NCBI GenBank assembly: GCA_951406725.2
Contig: OX597836.1
Span: forward strand, 29,884,001 to 29,948,000
Length of the DNA: 64,000 bases
Direction: 5' to 3'
Origin: Octopus vulgaris
Taxonomy: Eukaryota
Below, piece by piece: positions 37,470 through 49,952 of this stretch. Position 1 is the stretch's first letter; the number at the start of each line of letters is the position of its first letter. Both the position numbers and the translations under genes were made by a program. The notes under the pieces are model-generated. The model did not search any database and had not been told where the DNA came from. It was given only the letters and a program-made list of their open reading frames with translations.

Positions 37470-40400
37470 CTACAAGTATAGAAATAATTGCAACAATAGA
37501 ACATAACAAGATGAAGATATAAACAAGTTTTAGGTCAAAGAGAAAATAAGCACACGTTCTTTAGAACTTTCAAAACATTCAAATGATCACAAAATTACAC
37601 TTTTTCTTAAAAAAAGTTGTTTTTTCCAAAAAAAACGAAAAACATAGGTTTACATTTTATCAGAGATTATGTTGTACTCAGGTAAATGTGATAATGTATT
37701 TCATTTTTTGTTTGATTAATGGTGTTACCAACTCACTGAAATATTTTGTAAGTGGCTGAGTATTTCATGGGCACTTGTCTATACCACTTAAAATAATCTT
37801 CAGATAAAATCATCTTCATATTTGTTGTGTGGACGCCCCCAAACAATGAAGTAGGATAGCCCAATATGTAGATATAGAGGGAGAAGTCTAGACGTCGGGA
37901 GTTGAGTAGAGGTAATCCGAACATGCGATATAACAGTGGTGATGAGGATTTCGTGGCACACACAGCCACTGTGCAGTATTGCAATATAACAATATTGTTG
38001 TTTAACAAGGACATACATATATAGTTTACTGTTCCATTATATATTGGATCAACAAAAAAAAAAAAAGGTACTCCACCTAGTGAGAAATAAATATCATTTA
38101 ATCTAGTAGTAGTAGGAATCCATTGGTCTTGAGAGGCCATGGATCTGCACCTGACGAAATTGTAACATTTAATCTAGACAGTATTTAAATAAGAGCTACT
38201 AATAGTTTCATGCCATGGAAGCATGATAATTTGGCAGGTTTATATAACATAACTTGTGTCTCCAAGAAATCCTTCAGGTTCAGTGCACATGAGTAGCTCT
38301 TGCTGAAAACTAGAAACCTGAAAGATTGCTTGGAGACACAAGGTGTGTTTTAGAAATCTGCCAAATTAGCATGTTTACATGGCTTGAAACTGTTAATAGC
38401 TCTCATTTAAATACTGTGTTTATGTGCGTGTGTGTGTCTATATACACACACAGATTCATATTCAATTATAATTCATTCTTGATGTTAAAACGGTTCCCTA
38501 CTGCCATTGTTATCTCCTGTACTTATGTAAATATTAAATTAATATCAATAAATGATAAACATTGTTTTTTTCATCACATAATTATTTCTAATTAACTTTA
38601 TTTAAATGCTCATTACATCAAATATGCTATCACATTTATTTGAATACAATGCAATCTCCAATAAAATATGAACCCCAATTTTCCTAGTTAAAAATCAATA
38701 ATATATATATATATTCTTTTGAATAATGTGACCCCAAGGAACAACTGTAATTACTTATATTATCAAAAAAAAAAGTTCCTCCATAGTAAAATACACTTAC
38801 AACTTGTAGAGTCCCAATCTCCTTTCACATTCTTGTGAATTTAACCAACCAACATATCCATACCTTGGTGCCACTTATATACACCTTCCTGTAACCTGAG
38901 TGTACTCCCTATCATATCTTCATCGTCTCTCTCACTCTCCTACTGATGTAGCCATGTGTCTGTCCCTCTTCTTTTACTCTGACCTCACATCTGGCACAAA
39001 GCCACATTCCTCACTGCTATTCCCCAACTCATTTGAGGGTTTTTGCCTTGTAAATTATTTTGTGACCTCTATGCCGTGCTTGAGAAGACCCGGCAAGCCA
39101 AGTGAGACCATGACCTCGTGGCCTATGTCAGGGGCGTAACCAGCCCACTTATGCATACCCTTTTCTTCTTTGGACACTAAACTGCTTGCGAAGACCTGTT
39201 GAGGCAAGTGAAATTGAAATCAAATTCAATGACTGGCATCCGTGCTAGCAGGGTGCAAGGAGCACCATATAAGTGTGATCGTTGACAGAGCGACTAACCG
39301 GCTTCCGTGCCAGTGGGACATAAAAGGCACCTTTCAAGTGTGACCGTTACCAGCATTGCCTTACTGGCACCTGTGCCAGTGGCATGTGTAAAAAGATTCA
39401 AGTGAGGTCATTGCCAGTACTGCCTGACTGGCCTCCGTGCAAGTGGAACATAAAAGCACCCACTACACTCTCGGAGTGGTTGGTGTTAGGAAAGGCATCC
39501 GCTGAAGAAACTCTGCCAGATAGATCAAGATTGGAGCCTGGTGCAGCCATCTGGTTCACTAGCCTTCAGTCAAATCATCCAACCCATGCTAGCACGGAAA
39601 GCAGACGTTAAACGATGATGATAATGATGACTGCTGCTGGTGCCACATAAAAAACCCCACCCTGCACACTCTGTAAAGTGATTGCCATTAGGAAGGACAT
39701 CTAACCATAAAAAACACATCAAAGCAGACAAGTTGAGCTTGGTGCAGTCTTCCAACTTGTCAGCTCCTGTCTAACTGTCCAGACTATGCCAGCATTAAAT
39801 GACGATGATGATGCTGATGGTTCTTGCTTATATTCAATAACTTTTACCCTTTTGATACCAAGCTGCTTGAAACCATCGGTGGTTCAAAGATACAAACTTC
39901 CTTTTTAAAGTGATCGAAATAAAACCTCCCTTCAAATTTTCATTTCATCATTTTAATAATGGCAAAGTAATTTTATTAAATTCTTCATTATTTTCAAAAT
40001 CAATTGAAGTAAAGACAGTGTATTTTAAGAGATTTATGTAAACAAAAGAGTTAAAACCACTGAGAGCTGGCTGCAACAGTGACAGTTTTCATTGCTGCAT
40101 TCTATGAAGGCTGTACAATAGTTGTTAAATGCCTCACAGTTACAACCTTCAGTTCCTTCATTTCACAAGTCTGTTTTTGTTGTTGTTGCATCTAGTACTT
40201 TTTTACCTCTAGAATTTTGTGTTAAATTTCAAAATTATTCTGTATGAATAAATACATTAGGATTATTTTCACTATGGCTTTTCATAAGGTGGGCATCTCT
40301 GAATTATTTCTGTCTGATACAACTAGTCTATGTCATTGTACATTTACTTAAAAGATTCTCTTGTAACTACTTTGTCAAGTATAATGAAAATAATGATTCA

Positions 40401-40733
40401 CTTATGAGGTTGCAATAATACAGAAACATGTCCAGAATTATCTCCCATTCAGCTAAGAAGCTGCATTTTGTCCTAACTGCATACTTCTTTCTTGTTATAT
40501 TTACCTGCTCTATAAGAGCAGATAGAGACAATATTATGTTAATGGTCATCCACACATTTTCTGTCAAGAAATTTCACTCACAAGGTTTTGGCTGATGTGA
40601 GGCTATGGAAGAAGAGAGACTTGCACCTAGGTGTCACACATTGGGAGGTCAAACCTGTAGCAACATAGCTGTGATGCAAATTTGTACACCACAAAGCTAT
40701 ACTTTCATGTACATCTTAACCCATTTGATACAT

Positions 40734-40962
40734 ATTTCTTTACTACCCACAAGGAGCTAAACACAGAGAGGACAAACAAGGAGAGACAGACAGATTAAGT
40801 CGATTACATCAACCCCAGTGTGTAACTGGTACTTAATTTATCGACCCCGAAAGGATAAAAGGCAAAGTGGACCTCGGCGGAATTTGAACTCAGAACGTAA
40901 TGGTAGACAAAATACGGCTATGCATTTCACCCAGCGTGCTAACGTTTCTGCCAGCTCGCCGC
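40734..40962 (-). mobile_element. SINE family B inserted into the end of a TTAA MITE
   Basis: The TSD ttaacccatttgataca duplicates the MITE terminus. Confidence 0.85.
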
Positions 40963-41689
40963 ATTTAACCCATTTGATACAAGTCCACCTGAGACCACCT
41001 CTAGTTCTTTGACACAAACTTACTGTTTTAAAGTGAACTAAGTTATAATCTTCCATTAAAACTTTATCTTAATTTGTTTCCGACACCAACTTGGTAATAA
41101 AGTTGTTTTACTAAGTTCTTCATTATCTTTAAAATTAATTAATTGAAACAAAGTTGTAGTACATGTCTAGAGAAATATAGTAACAAAAAACTTAAAATGA
41201 AGTCTGTTTACTAATTTGGCGTCACTCATTGTAAAAATATCCCTGAGAAAATCACAGATGTTGGAATTTTACATGTAAAGGTGGGGGTCCTTTGTTTCAG
41301 GGGTGAAAGTGGTGTGGTGGTGAAATCTAATTAAAGAAACTCAGAACCAGAAATAACTAGAAAATAAGGCACCAGATAGAGTATAGTAAGATGTATACCT
41401 CTTAATTAGACAATAGTATTTTGCCAAACAACCTAATTTATATGTTTATAAGGTGTTATTTAGCCCAAGGTCAGCCTTAATTGAGTACAACACTAATGAA
41501 AACTGTTCCAGCTGTGACTATCCCATCTTTGTATAATAATAGGGACTACAATGTTGAATGTTTCCTTCTTTATTTAAGATGCTATGAATGTGTTGAGGAA
41601 GATTCGGTGGCTATTTCTAGCAGGCCCAGTCACCATATAGAGTATTACAGAAGTTTGACATTTAGAGAAGACAGGAAGGAGAATATATA

Positions 41690-41918
41690 TTCCTTTACTA
41701 CCCACAAGGGGCTAAACATAGAGGGGACAAACAAGGACAGACAAAGGGATTAAGTCGATTAAATCGACCCAGTGTGAAACTGGTGCTTCATTTATTGGCC
41801 CCGAGAGGATGAAAGGCAAAGTTGACCTCAGCGGAATTTGAACTCAGAACGTAACGACAGATGAAATACCGCTAAGCATTTCACCTGGCGCGCTAACGTT
41901 TATGCTAGCTCGCCGCCT
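41690..41918 (-). mobile_element. SINE family B with TSD caggaaggagaatata
   Basis: Direct repeat at about 41672 and 41920. Confidence 0.85.
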
Positions 41919-42106
41919 CCAGGAAGGAGAATATAGTTACTGGGAACTAAAGGACGCATCTGTTCCAGACATTAGAGACAGTGCTGTGAGTGAGCAGAGC
42001 CGAGTGGAAATAGGTGAGAAGTATTATGAAGGTGGAGGAGTATCAATGAATACAAAAGTGGAAATAGGTGGGGAGTATCATGAAATTAAAATAGGTGAGG
42101 AGCATT

Positions 42107-42159
<53 letters not shown>

Positions 42160-42788
42160 AAGGCACATGGCTCAGTGGTTAGAGTGTTGCACTCAGAACT
42201 GCAAGGTCATGGGTTTGATTCCCAGACTAGTGGTGTGTTATGTTCTTGAGCAAAACACTTCATTTCACATTGCTCCAGTCCACTCAGATATAAATGGGTA
42301 GCCCTGTGATTGCATCTGTGTGTATGTGTGTGTGTGAGAGAGAGAGGAAGGATATAAGCTAGTTTTCCATTATTTCTATTTTATTTTATTCCTTTACTAT
42401 TTTTTTTCTTTTACTGTGTAAGTATTTCAGTATGACCAGTCTACTGTCCATTGTGGAATACCCAGCAATTTCAAAGTACCAGTTGAAACTCTATTGACCC
42501 ATTCATTCTCTTGGTGCTTGTAGTAAACTAGTGCATATTTTATCAATTCTGAAAGGACAAAAGGCTAACATAACCTGTTCTGGGTTTGAATTCTAAACAC
42601 AAAAGGATGGAATCAAAAAACAAAACCCACACCAGCTGTACAAAATATTTTGCCTGACACTCTACTGATTCAACCACACATTTGTTAATAACAAATTAAT
42701 TACCGACTAATAAAAAAAAAAAAAAAAATGATAATAATTTAAAACTAAACAGAATTAAAAAAAAAACAGTACTTCAAAGTAAACTTAC

Positions 42789-42937
42789 AGAATATAACAT
42801 CATCCCAGTGGTTTTGACCGAGTGTTTTAGCACGACGAGCAGATTTTCTTCGAAATAAACTTGTGCTTTTCTGTTTACTCAAAGCCAGTTCTTTATCACT
42901 GAGACTTTGCTGCTGGTTAAGGGCCATTTTTTCTGCT
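42789..42937 (-). CDS. TJP1: ZO-1-like exon, SH3 end and basic U5 loop (AEKMALNQQQ...FRRKSARRAKTLGQNHWDDVIF)
   Basis: tattacag|A acceptor, TTCT|gtaagt donor, 149 nt, phase 2 to 1; WDDVxF motif as recalled for Polychaetoid. Confidence 0.93.
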
Positions 42938-43328
42938 CTGTAATAAAAAAAAAAAAAAAAAAAGATCATCATCATCATCGTTTAACATCAGTTTTCCATG
43001 CTAGCATGGGTTGGACGGTTCAACTGGGGTCTGGGAAGCCAGAAGTCTGCGCCAGGCCCAGTCTGATCTGGCAGTGTTTCTACAGCTGGATGCCCTTCCT
43101 AATGCCAACTACTCCGAGAGTGTAGTGGGTGCTTTTTACGTGCAACCTGCACAGGTGCCAGACGAGGCTGGCAAATGGCCACGATCGGATGGTACATTTT
43201 ACATGCCACTGGCACGGGGCCAGACGATATATATATATATATATACATATTACTGAAACATAATGTAAGAGTTGTAAAAGTTATCAAAAATACATTTTAT
43301 ATAGTGCAAACACTATCTGATATACAAC

Positions 43329-43390
<62 letters not shown>

Positions 43391-43432
43391 AGCATACACA
43401 TACATAGATATACAAGTTTGTGTGTATGTGTG

Positions 43433-43473
<41 letters not shown>

Positions 43474-44006
43474 CACACACACACACACCAATACACATAT
43501 TGTGTTCTGTATCAAATAATGTTTACACTATGCAAAATATATTTTTAATATATTTTTCAGTTTTAACATTGAAGATGACACACACACACACACACACCGC
43601 AATTATACTCTTATTGATCTCAGTTTGTTATTTAAAAATACAATATTTTCATGTTACCAAATAATAATCTCACTTATTCTTGTGTGTGTGTACACAAGTG
43701 TGTATGTGTTTATGTGTGGTCATTTATTCAAATCTGGTAGAGTAACTTCTGCTGATTAATGGTTATAAAAAAATTAAAAAATAATAACAGCACACACACA
43801 CACACATATATATATACACACACACATACATACATACTCATGTTTTGAGTTTTATTTTCCTGTTTGCATCAACAAACCTATATATTTACAACAATCTGAT
43901 GAAATGCACTCTGACCAATGGTGTATAACAACATCTGATAGTGGGGTTGGTATAATGATACATACACACACATATGTGTGTGTGTGTGTGTGTTGGTGGG
44001 TGCATT

Positions 44007-44048
<42 letters not shown>

Positions 44049-44780
44049 TATAAATGCACCCACCAACAAACACACACACATCATCATGATCATCAAATTT
44101 GGCATTTGTTTTCCTTGCTGACATGGGTTGGATGGCTTGGTGGCAATTGGCAAGGCCAGGGGCTGCACCAGGTTCCATGGTCTGTTTTTGCATGGTTCCT
44201 ACATCTGGATGCCCTTCCTAATGCCAACCACTTTACAGAGTGTACTGGGTGCTTTTTACGTAGCACTTTGGTTTTAGGGTTTCAATTCTGGTGTGGTAGC
44301 AGGTCCTCTTGAGTATAGTTCTGTGTCATCTCCTTCATAAGGCTCAGCATTTTGAGATTGGCCTTCAATACTTCGTCCCATGTCTTTATGTATATATACA
44401 TATAGACCCCCCAAAACAGATACACACATCCACAAACACACACACAATGCTGGTCACACCACAAGCACAGATTCACATGAATTGGGAGCTTGAGTCATAA
44501 CAAATCTTTCAGTAGCTGGTTACACAATCACGGACACTACCCCTATGGATGCATTGCTGCTACTCTTTTGATAGAGCATGGTGATCCTAACCATTGATAA
44601 ATATATATATGTATAATTATATATAGGGAGAATTCACAAAAAAAACAAAAGATGAAGACAGGTGGTGTAGACAACTAACAGCTGTATTAGTTCAACGCTC
44701 AGGAAGTGAAAAAGTCTTTAACATTTTGAGCCTATGCTCTTCCACGGAAAGAATTATATATGTACACATTTATAAATATA

Positions 44781-44817
<37 letters not shown>

Positions 44818-44959
44818 ATCATTTTAGGGGTTGCCTACATTATCTAATGTGTCTGACTTTTCCTAAAAGATGTATGATTTCTGAGAGCGATTTTGCTGCT
44901 CTACTGGCAGGTAAACATGTGTTATATGCTTTGACAGTTATATTTATTACTACATTACA

Positions 44960-45790
44960 ATCAGTAGGAGAAATATCAGGGGAATAGGGAGGATGTTGCA
45001 AAATCTCATAATTCAGGCTTTGCAACTTTTGGACCATAGCTTGAGAAATGTGAGGACATGTATTGTTGTGGAGCAAAATTGGGCCATCTTTATTCACTAG
45101 TCTGGGTTGCTTCTTTTTCAAATTCTCATGCATACAATCAATTTCTTGTCAATACAATGTTGCTGTTACTGTTTTTCCTTGTTGCAAAAATGAATAATGA
45201 ATAACTCCCTTCACAGACCACCATACAGTGACCACTAACTTTTTAGGGTACAGTGGTGGGTTTGAGTAGTGCTTGAGTAGGTGACTCTCCTGCATCTAAT
45301 CACTGTCTTGTTCTCCTGCTGTTGTCACAGAATATCCATTTCTCATCACAAGTAATGATTTGATGCAAATATGGTCTTTTTCCAGTTGAGAAAGCAATAA
45401 GGTGCACACTTTGAGGTATATGTTTTTTTGAATCTTGTTCAGTTCATGTGGAATAAACATCCATTTTCTTGACTTTTCCAATTTTTTTTTTTACAGGTGT
45501 CCAAAAACAGTTGTGCAAGATGTTTGGAGTTCTGATGAAAGTTTTTGAACCTTTGTTTTCAGATTTTGTTCAACCAAAGCATTTAATCCGTCATACCAAA
45601 TAACTGATTTTGACCCACCCGTTGGTTTATTTTCAAGGCTATCATCTCCTGAATGAGAGCTTTGGAACCAACTCTGAACAGTTCTGGCGTCAACAAAACC
45701 ATTACCAAAGGCCTGCTTGATATTTCGTAGAGCTTCTGCAGCAGAGTGACACAGTTTGTACATATACAAGAAAACCATTCAACATAGTTT
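44960..45790 (-). mobile_element. Decayed mariner (Tc1/mariner) transposase, frameshifted
   Basis: Three broken ORFs give an HTH (AAEALRNIKQAFG..RTVQSWF), a WVPHEL-like motif (WMFIPHEL), ILLHNNTCPH and HPPYSPDISPTD (mariner YSPDLAP motif). Confidence 0.9.
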
Positions 45791-46020
45791 GGTTATTATC
45801 ATTTTCATAAGGTCTGTGGGTACAAATTTTGTATACCGATATTGTTGGGAAAGAAAAAGAGTCAAGATTAAATGCAAAGTATATGCAATTGAGTTTTTAA
45901 ATGACTGAAATAGCAAGTAATTAAAAATGCAACATTTCCTGTAAAACAACCTAATAGAACAAGAGATGAGTGTAATGATATTTGAAACAAAAAAATTCTG
46001 TATTAAGAAAAGAAACTTAC

Positions 46021-46191
46021 CGACTACTGTTTGGAATAATTCCCTTTTGTAATTCTTGATTATTTTTGCCAATTTTAATGGCAAGCCATGAACCACTAAC
46101 TCCTCCGTACAAAGTGTCTTTGATACGTAAAACCTCTCCTCGTACAAAGGCAAGTTCAGAAGACTCCGTTTGTTCAAAGGTGTAATGGGCC
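46021..46191 (-). CDS. TJP1: ZO-1-like exon, SH3 domain (AHYTFEQTESSELAFVRGEVLRIKDTLYGGVSGSWLAIKIGKNNQELQKGIIPNSSR)
   Basis: ttttag|G acceptor, GTCG|gtaagt donor, 171 nt; the coding frame differs from the listed ORF 45779..46177. Confidence 0.96.
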
Positions 46192-47155
46192 CTAAAATAT
46201 ATAATTTAGAAAAACAGTCACTGCAAAAGGTTGCGAATGGGAATTAAAGAAATGACAAACACACATACACATGCAAAAACCCAAATATGATTGATTGTTC
46301 AACCAACAAGTTAATCAAATGATTGATTAGTTTGTTGGATAGATATTTAATCAATTGACTAATAAATAAAGGAGTGGAATTAAATTGCTGCATAAATTGG
46401 CGAAATGACTCACCTTAGAAAGATAAAATATAGAAAAAAAAAACAATGAGAAAAACATTAAAAAAATATCAAGTAATCCCAAGTTGAGAAAATAACTTGC
46501 TCTCATGTGTATGCATACATGTAAAGTTATGCCTATTTTTTCATGTTTAAAGTATATATGATGACGACATGCATTGAGTTACCTTAGCATTATAGCCCCC
46601 ACCTCACCCTGGACAAATCTGTGTTCTTGGTCTTATGGTATATATTTATTGACAGCAATCTACAGAATATGTAGATTAGAATTGGGCTCCTTCTGGAGTA
46701 AATTGATGAAGTGGACCCTATAGTATTTATTGGCAGCAAGCCATAGAATCAGTAGATCAGAATTGAACCCCCAGACCAATGATGTCTCTGGGCAACTGCT
46801 TAATGTGCCCATGCTTTAAGACAACACTATCTATATAAACCTGTGTCTTAAATTATACATACGCACAAACACACACATCATCAAAATTGTTATAACATCC
46901 ACTTTCTCATGCTTGCATGGTCTGATGAAAATCTCTTCTTCCAGTTTCTCTCACAAAGCATTTATCAACCAAGAGCTATAGTAGAAGGCACATACCTCAG
47001 GTACAGTTCAGTAGGACTGAACTTGAAGCTCAGTTCCACTGCCCTGTACCTGAGAAGGTTCCTTAGCCACACAATCAGGTATATGATTTTTATATGTATA
47101 TAACTGAAAAAAATTTGGAGTCAACACGAAGGAGTATGGCTGGACATTTATTTCC

Positions 47156-47311
47156 AATCACTACAATTGTTTCCATGCACTGTAGTTCTCCAGGCATGCA
47201 GGTACTTGATTATGCAACCATTTCCATGCATTATGAGATCTAGTTGTGTTTCCTCAGCCGATATGTAAATATTGCCTCCGTAAACAATTGCGTGGAAACA
47301 ATTGCAGTGAT
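47156..47311. mobile_element. Small MITE-like element with 24-bp terminal inverted repeats
   Basis: aatcactacaattgtttccatgca / tgcgtggaaacaattgcagtgatt. Confidence 0.55.
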
Positions 47312-47483
47312 TTCACTTGCATAACATTTTTGACTATAACTTGTAGTGAGAGGAGAAGACTCCAGCTGATAGCGTCCATGCAGTGCCAATGAACTCTAAA
47401 CCATGTGATTCCAAGGTGAACTTCTTAACCACAAAATCATGTGTGCATATGTCTCTCTCCCTCTCTCTTTCTAGACACACACA

Positions 47484-47519
<36 letters not shown>

Positions 47520-48093
47520 CTCCTCTGTCTCATGCACATATGAATTAATAAACAATAAATACACACATACATATAAAATACACACATATACAAACACTCA
47601 CACAATTATATATACACTTACTATATCTTTCTTTGGTTAACACATACATGCACACCACATAGAACATACTTGGAATACATTTAAATTTTTATGCCCTCTA
47701 ATTAGCCGATGAGTTGCAAATTAAAACTAATGATCAACAGTGCAATAAACAGAAACCAAACTCTCAAAACCAATAAATAAATAAATATGTTGATAAATAA
47801 AATAAATAGATAAAAAAAATTGTCAATATAACCATGTGTATAATTAAAACATAAATTTGTCTGAAACTGTCTATTCCAGCCATGCCAGCATGGTTTAAAG
47901 AAAAACAACAGCATAACTTCCTAAAAACAACAACACAAGATGTGAACGTGTTAACATAAACAGTTAAGAAAAAAAATTTTAAATGGCTGCTAAAAGCCTG
48001 AATATCTTGAAATAAAAACTCATAATGATAACGAAGGATTTGTAATGAGAGATTATACTGTGCTTTGATGGGAAAAACATAAAAGTGACTTAC

Positions 48094-48145
48094 TTTACAA
48101 AGAATGAATCTCCAGCTTCATGACTCGCCATTATGTGGTCATATT
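48094..48145 (-). CDS. TJP1: ZO-1-like exon, PDZ3-SH3 junction (EYDHIMASHEAGDSFFVK)
   Basis: ttttccaaag|AA acceptor, TAAA|gtaagt donor, 52 nt, phase 1 to 2; GDSF motif. Confidence 0.93.
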
Positions 48146-49000
48146 CTTTGGAAAAAAGAAAAAAAAAATGTTATTTTTTTTAATGTTTTTAATTGCTGAC
48201 ATCAAAAGAGATAAATTTTTCAGTGTTGCTGAAGCAACAAGCAATATTTATAAAAATCAGAATAAGCAATATATATATATATACACACACACATGTATGT
48301 GTGTGTATGTATGTATGCATGTGTATATGTGTGTGTATGTATATATATATATATATATATTGTATGTGTGTGTATGAATGTATATATATATAATGTGAAT
48401 CTCAGGTTACTCTGAGTTTCATAATTATCGCTGATCATGTAACTTATACCTGATAGCTAAGATGCGATATTTATAGCAAAATATGAGCTACTGAACAGAA
48501 AGGACTATCTAAACACACACACACACACACACACTGACAAACAACATGCGTAACAATAACAAAAAGTAGATCTCAATAATGTTGAACTAGAGGACTACAT
48601 TTGATATATAGTAAAAGCATTCAGTACCCAGAGTTTCTCAGCAGTATCAGATACATTTTCATTCAGTTTACAGTCACCATTGATCAGCTCACAAATGTCT
48701 ACTGTAAATTGGATAAAAATATACTAGAGGTTGTCAGGAAACCTTAGGTACTGGAAGTGCGCATTCCCATACTTGTATTACATATTAAATATATACAAAC
48801 ATATATAAATTAAAATGGTGTATATCATATTTTTATTTATATATATATACAAATTGAGATAGGGGTTGTGAGTGCAACCCACCATGGGATAACATATATC
48901 CAATATACTGCTAGTAAAGTACCCAACAAAGTTAATACATAAATGTTAAGAATTGCGATGCAATTAATTCATTTACTGTATTATATGGGCAAAGGTATTT

Positions 49001-49039
<39 letters not shown>

Positions 49040-49267
49040 GTTTTATTTATTATTTTGCACATCACTTAATCATTGTTATATGTTTTATCTTATATTTAAT
49101 CTTTCTATAATATGTAATTTTTCTAAATGGTATAACTTAATTTTTCATTATTGAATTGATAAAAGGGTTTTTTTTTTCTAATTTATATATATTATATCTT
49201 GTGAAATTTTATTTAGTATTCTAAATTGAATTTTTCCCTGTAAGTTTGGAATTATATTCCCTCATAT

Positions 49268-49325
<58 letters not shown>

Positions 49326-49849
49326 AAAAGTTAAAAAAATACACAAACTGGGACAAGAACGTGAAACATTTAGAAGACAACAAAAAACACGAACGGGACT
49401 TTCGAAGCTCTCAGTCATCAGTCAAGAACCAGATCATCTTCGCAATTTCGGCTGAACATGCACTTAAGGTACACCACTATATCATGAGCAATGCCAAAAA
49501 AATATATTGTTAACTTATCTATAACACAATCTTTCAGTAAACTGGTGCAATTAAAAATGAGACCAGTAATAATGGAGAATATACAGAAACAAAAAACAAC
49601 AAGAACTTGGCCTGTCTGAATTACCATAACAAACACTGTGTTTTCCAACATACAAGTCAAATATTTTGGACCCAAATACTCAGGCATTATGACTGAATAT
49701 CTAATTCTACATTAACCAATTTTTTTTTTTTTCTATTTTAAATGGTAGGTTGTAAATCAACCATGTAGAAGCTCCTTCCTTGTCTGAAATGATTGGTGAT
49801 GGTCAGTCAGTTTTTAAATACAATAGATAATGAAAATGATCACTCTTAC

Positions 49850-49952
49850 CTTCCTTTTTATGTTGAACACTAATGGACACTTGACCATCAACACTCAGCA
49901 GATATGTTACCGCTTCTTCTCGCGTCATTCCAGTAATTTCAACATCATTCAC
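49850..49952 (-). CDS. TJP1: ZO-1-like exon, PDZ3 C-terminal part (VNDVEITGMTREEAVTYLLSVDGQVSISVQHKKE)
   Basis: tttag|GTG acceptor, GAAG|gtaaga donor, 103 nt; matches ZO-1 VNNVDFTNIIREEAVLFLL. Confidence 0.95.

Noticed and set aside
37733-38290. 135-aa ORF and a CTGACGA hammerhead-like string
   Set aside because: The ORF has no recognisable domain and no complete ribozyme fold could be built; probably a rearranged repeat remnant.
45779-46177. 132-aa ORF MNKRSLLNLP...
   Set aside because: Wrong-frame shadow of the SH3 exon running into the intron.
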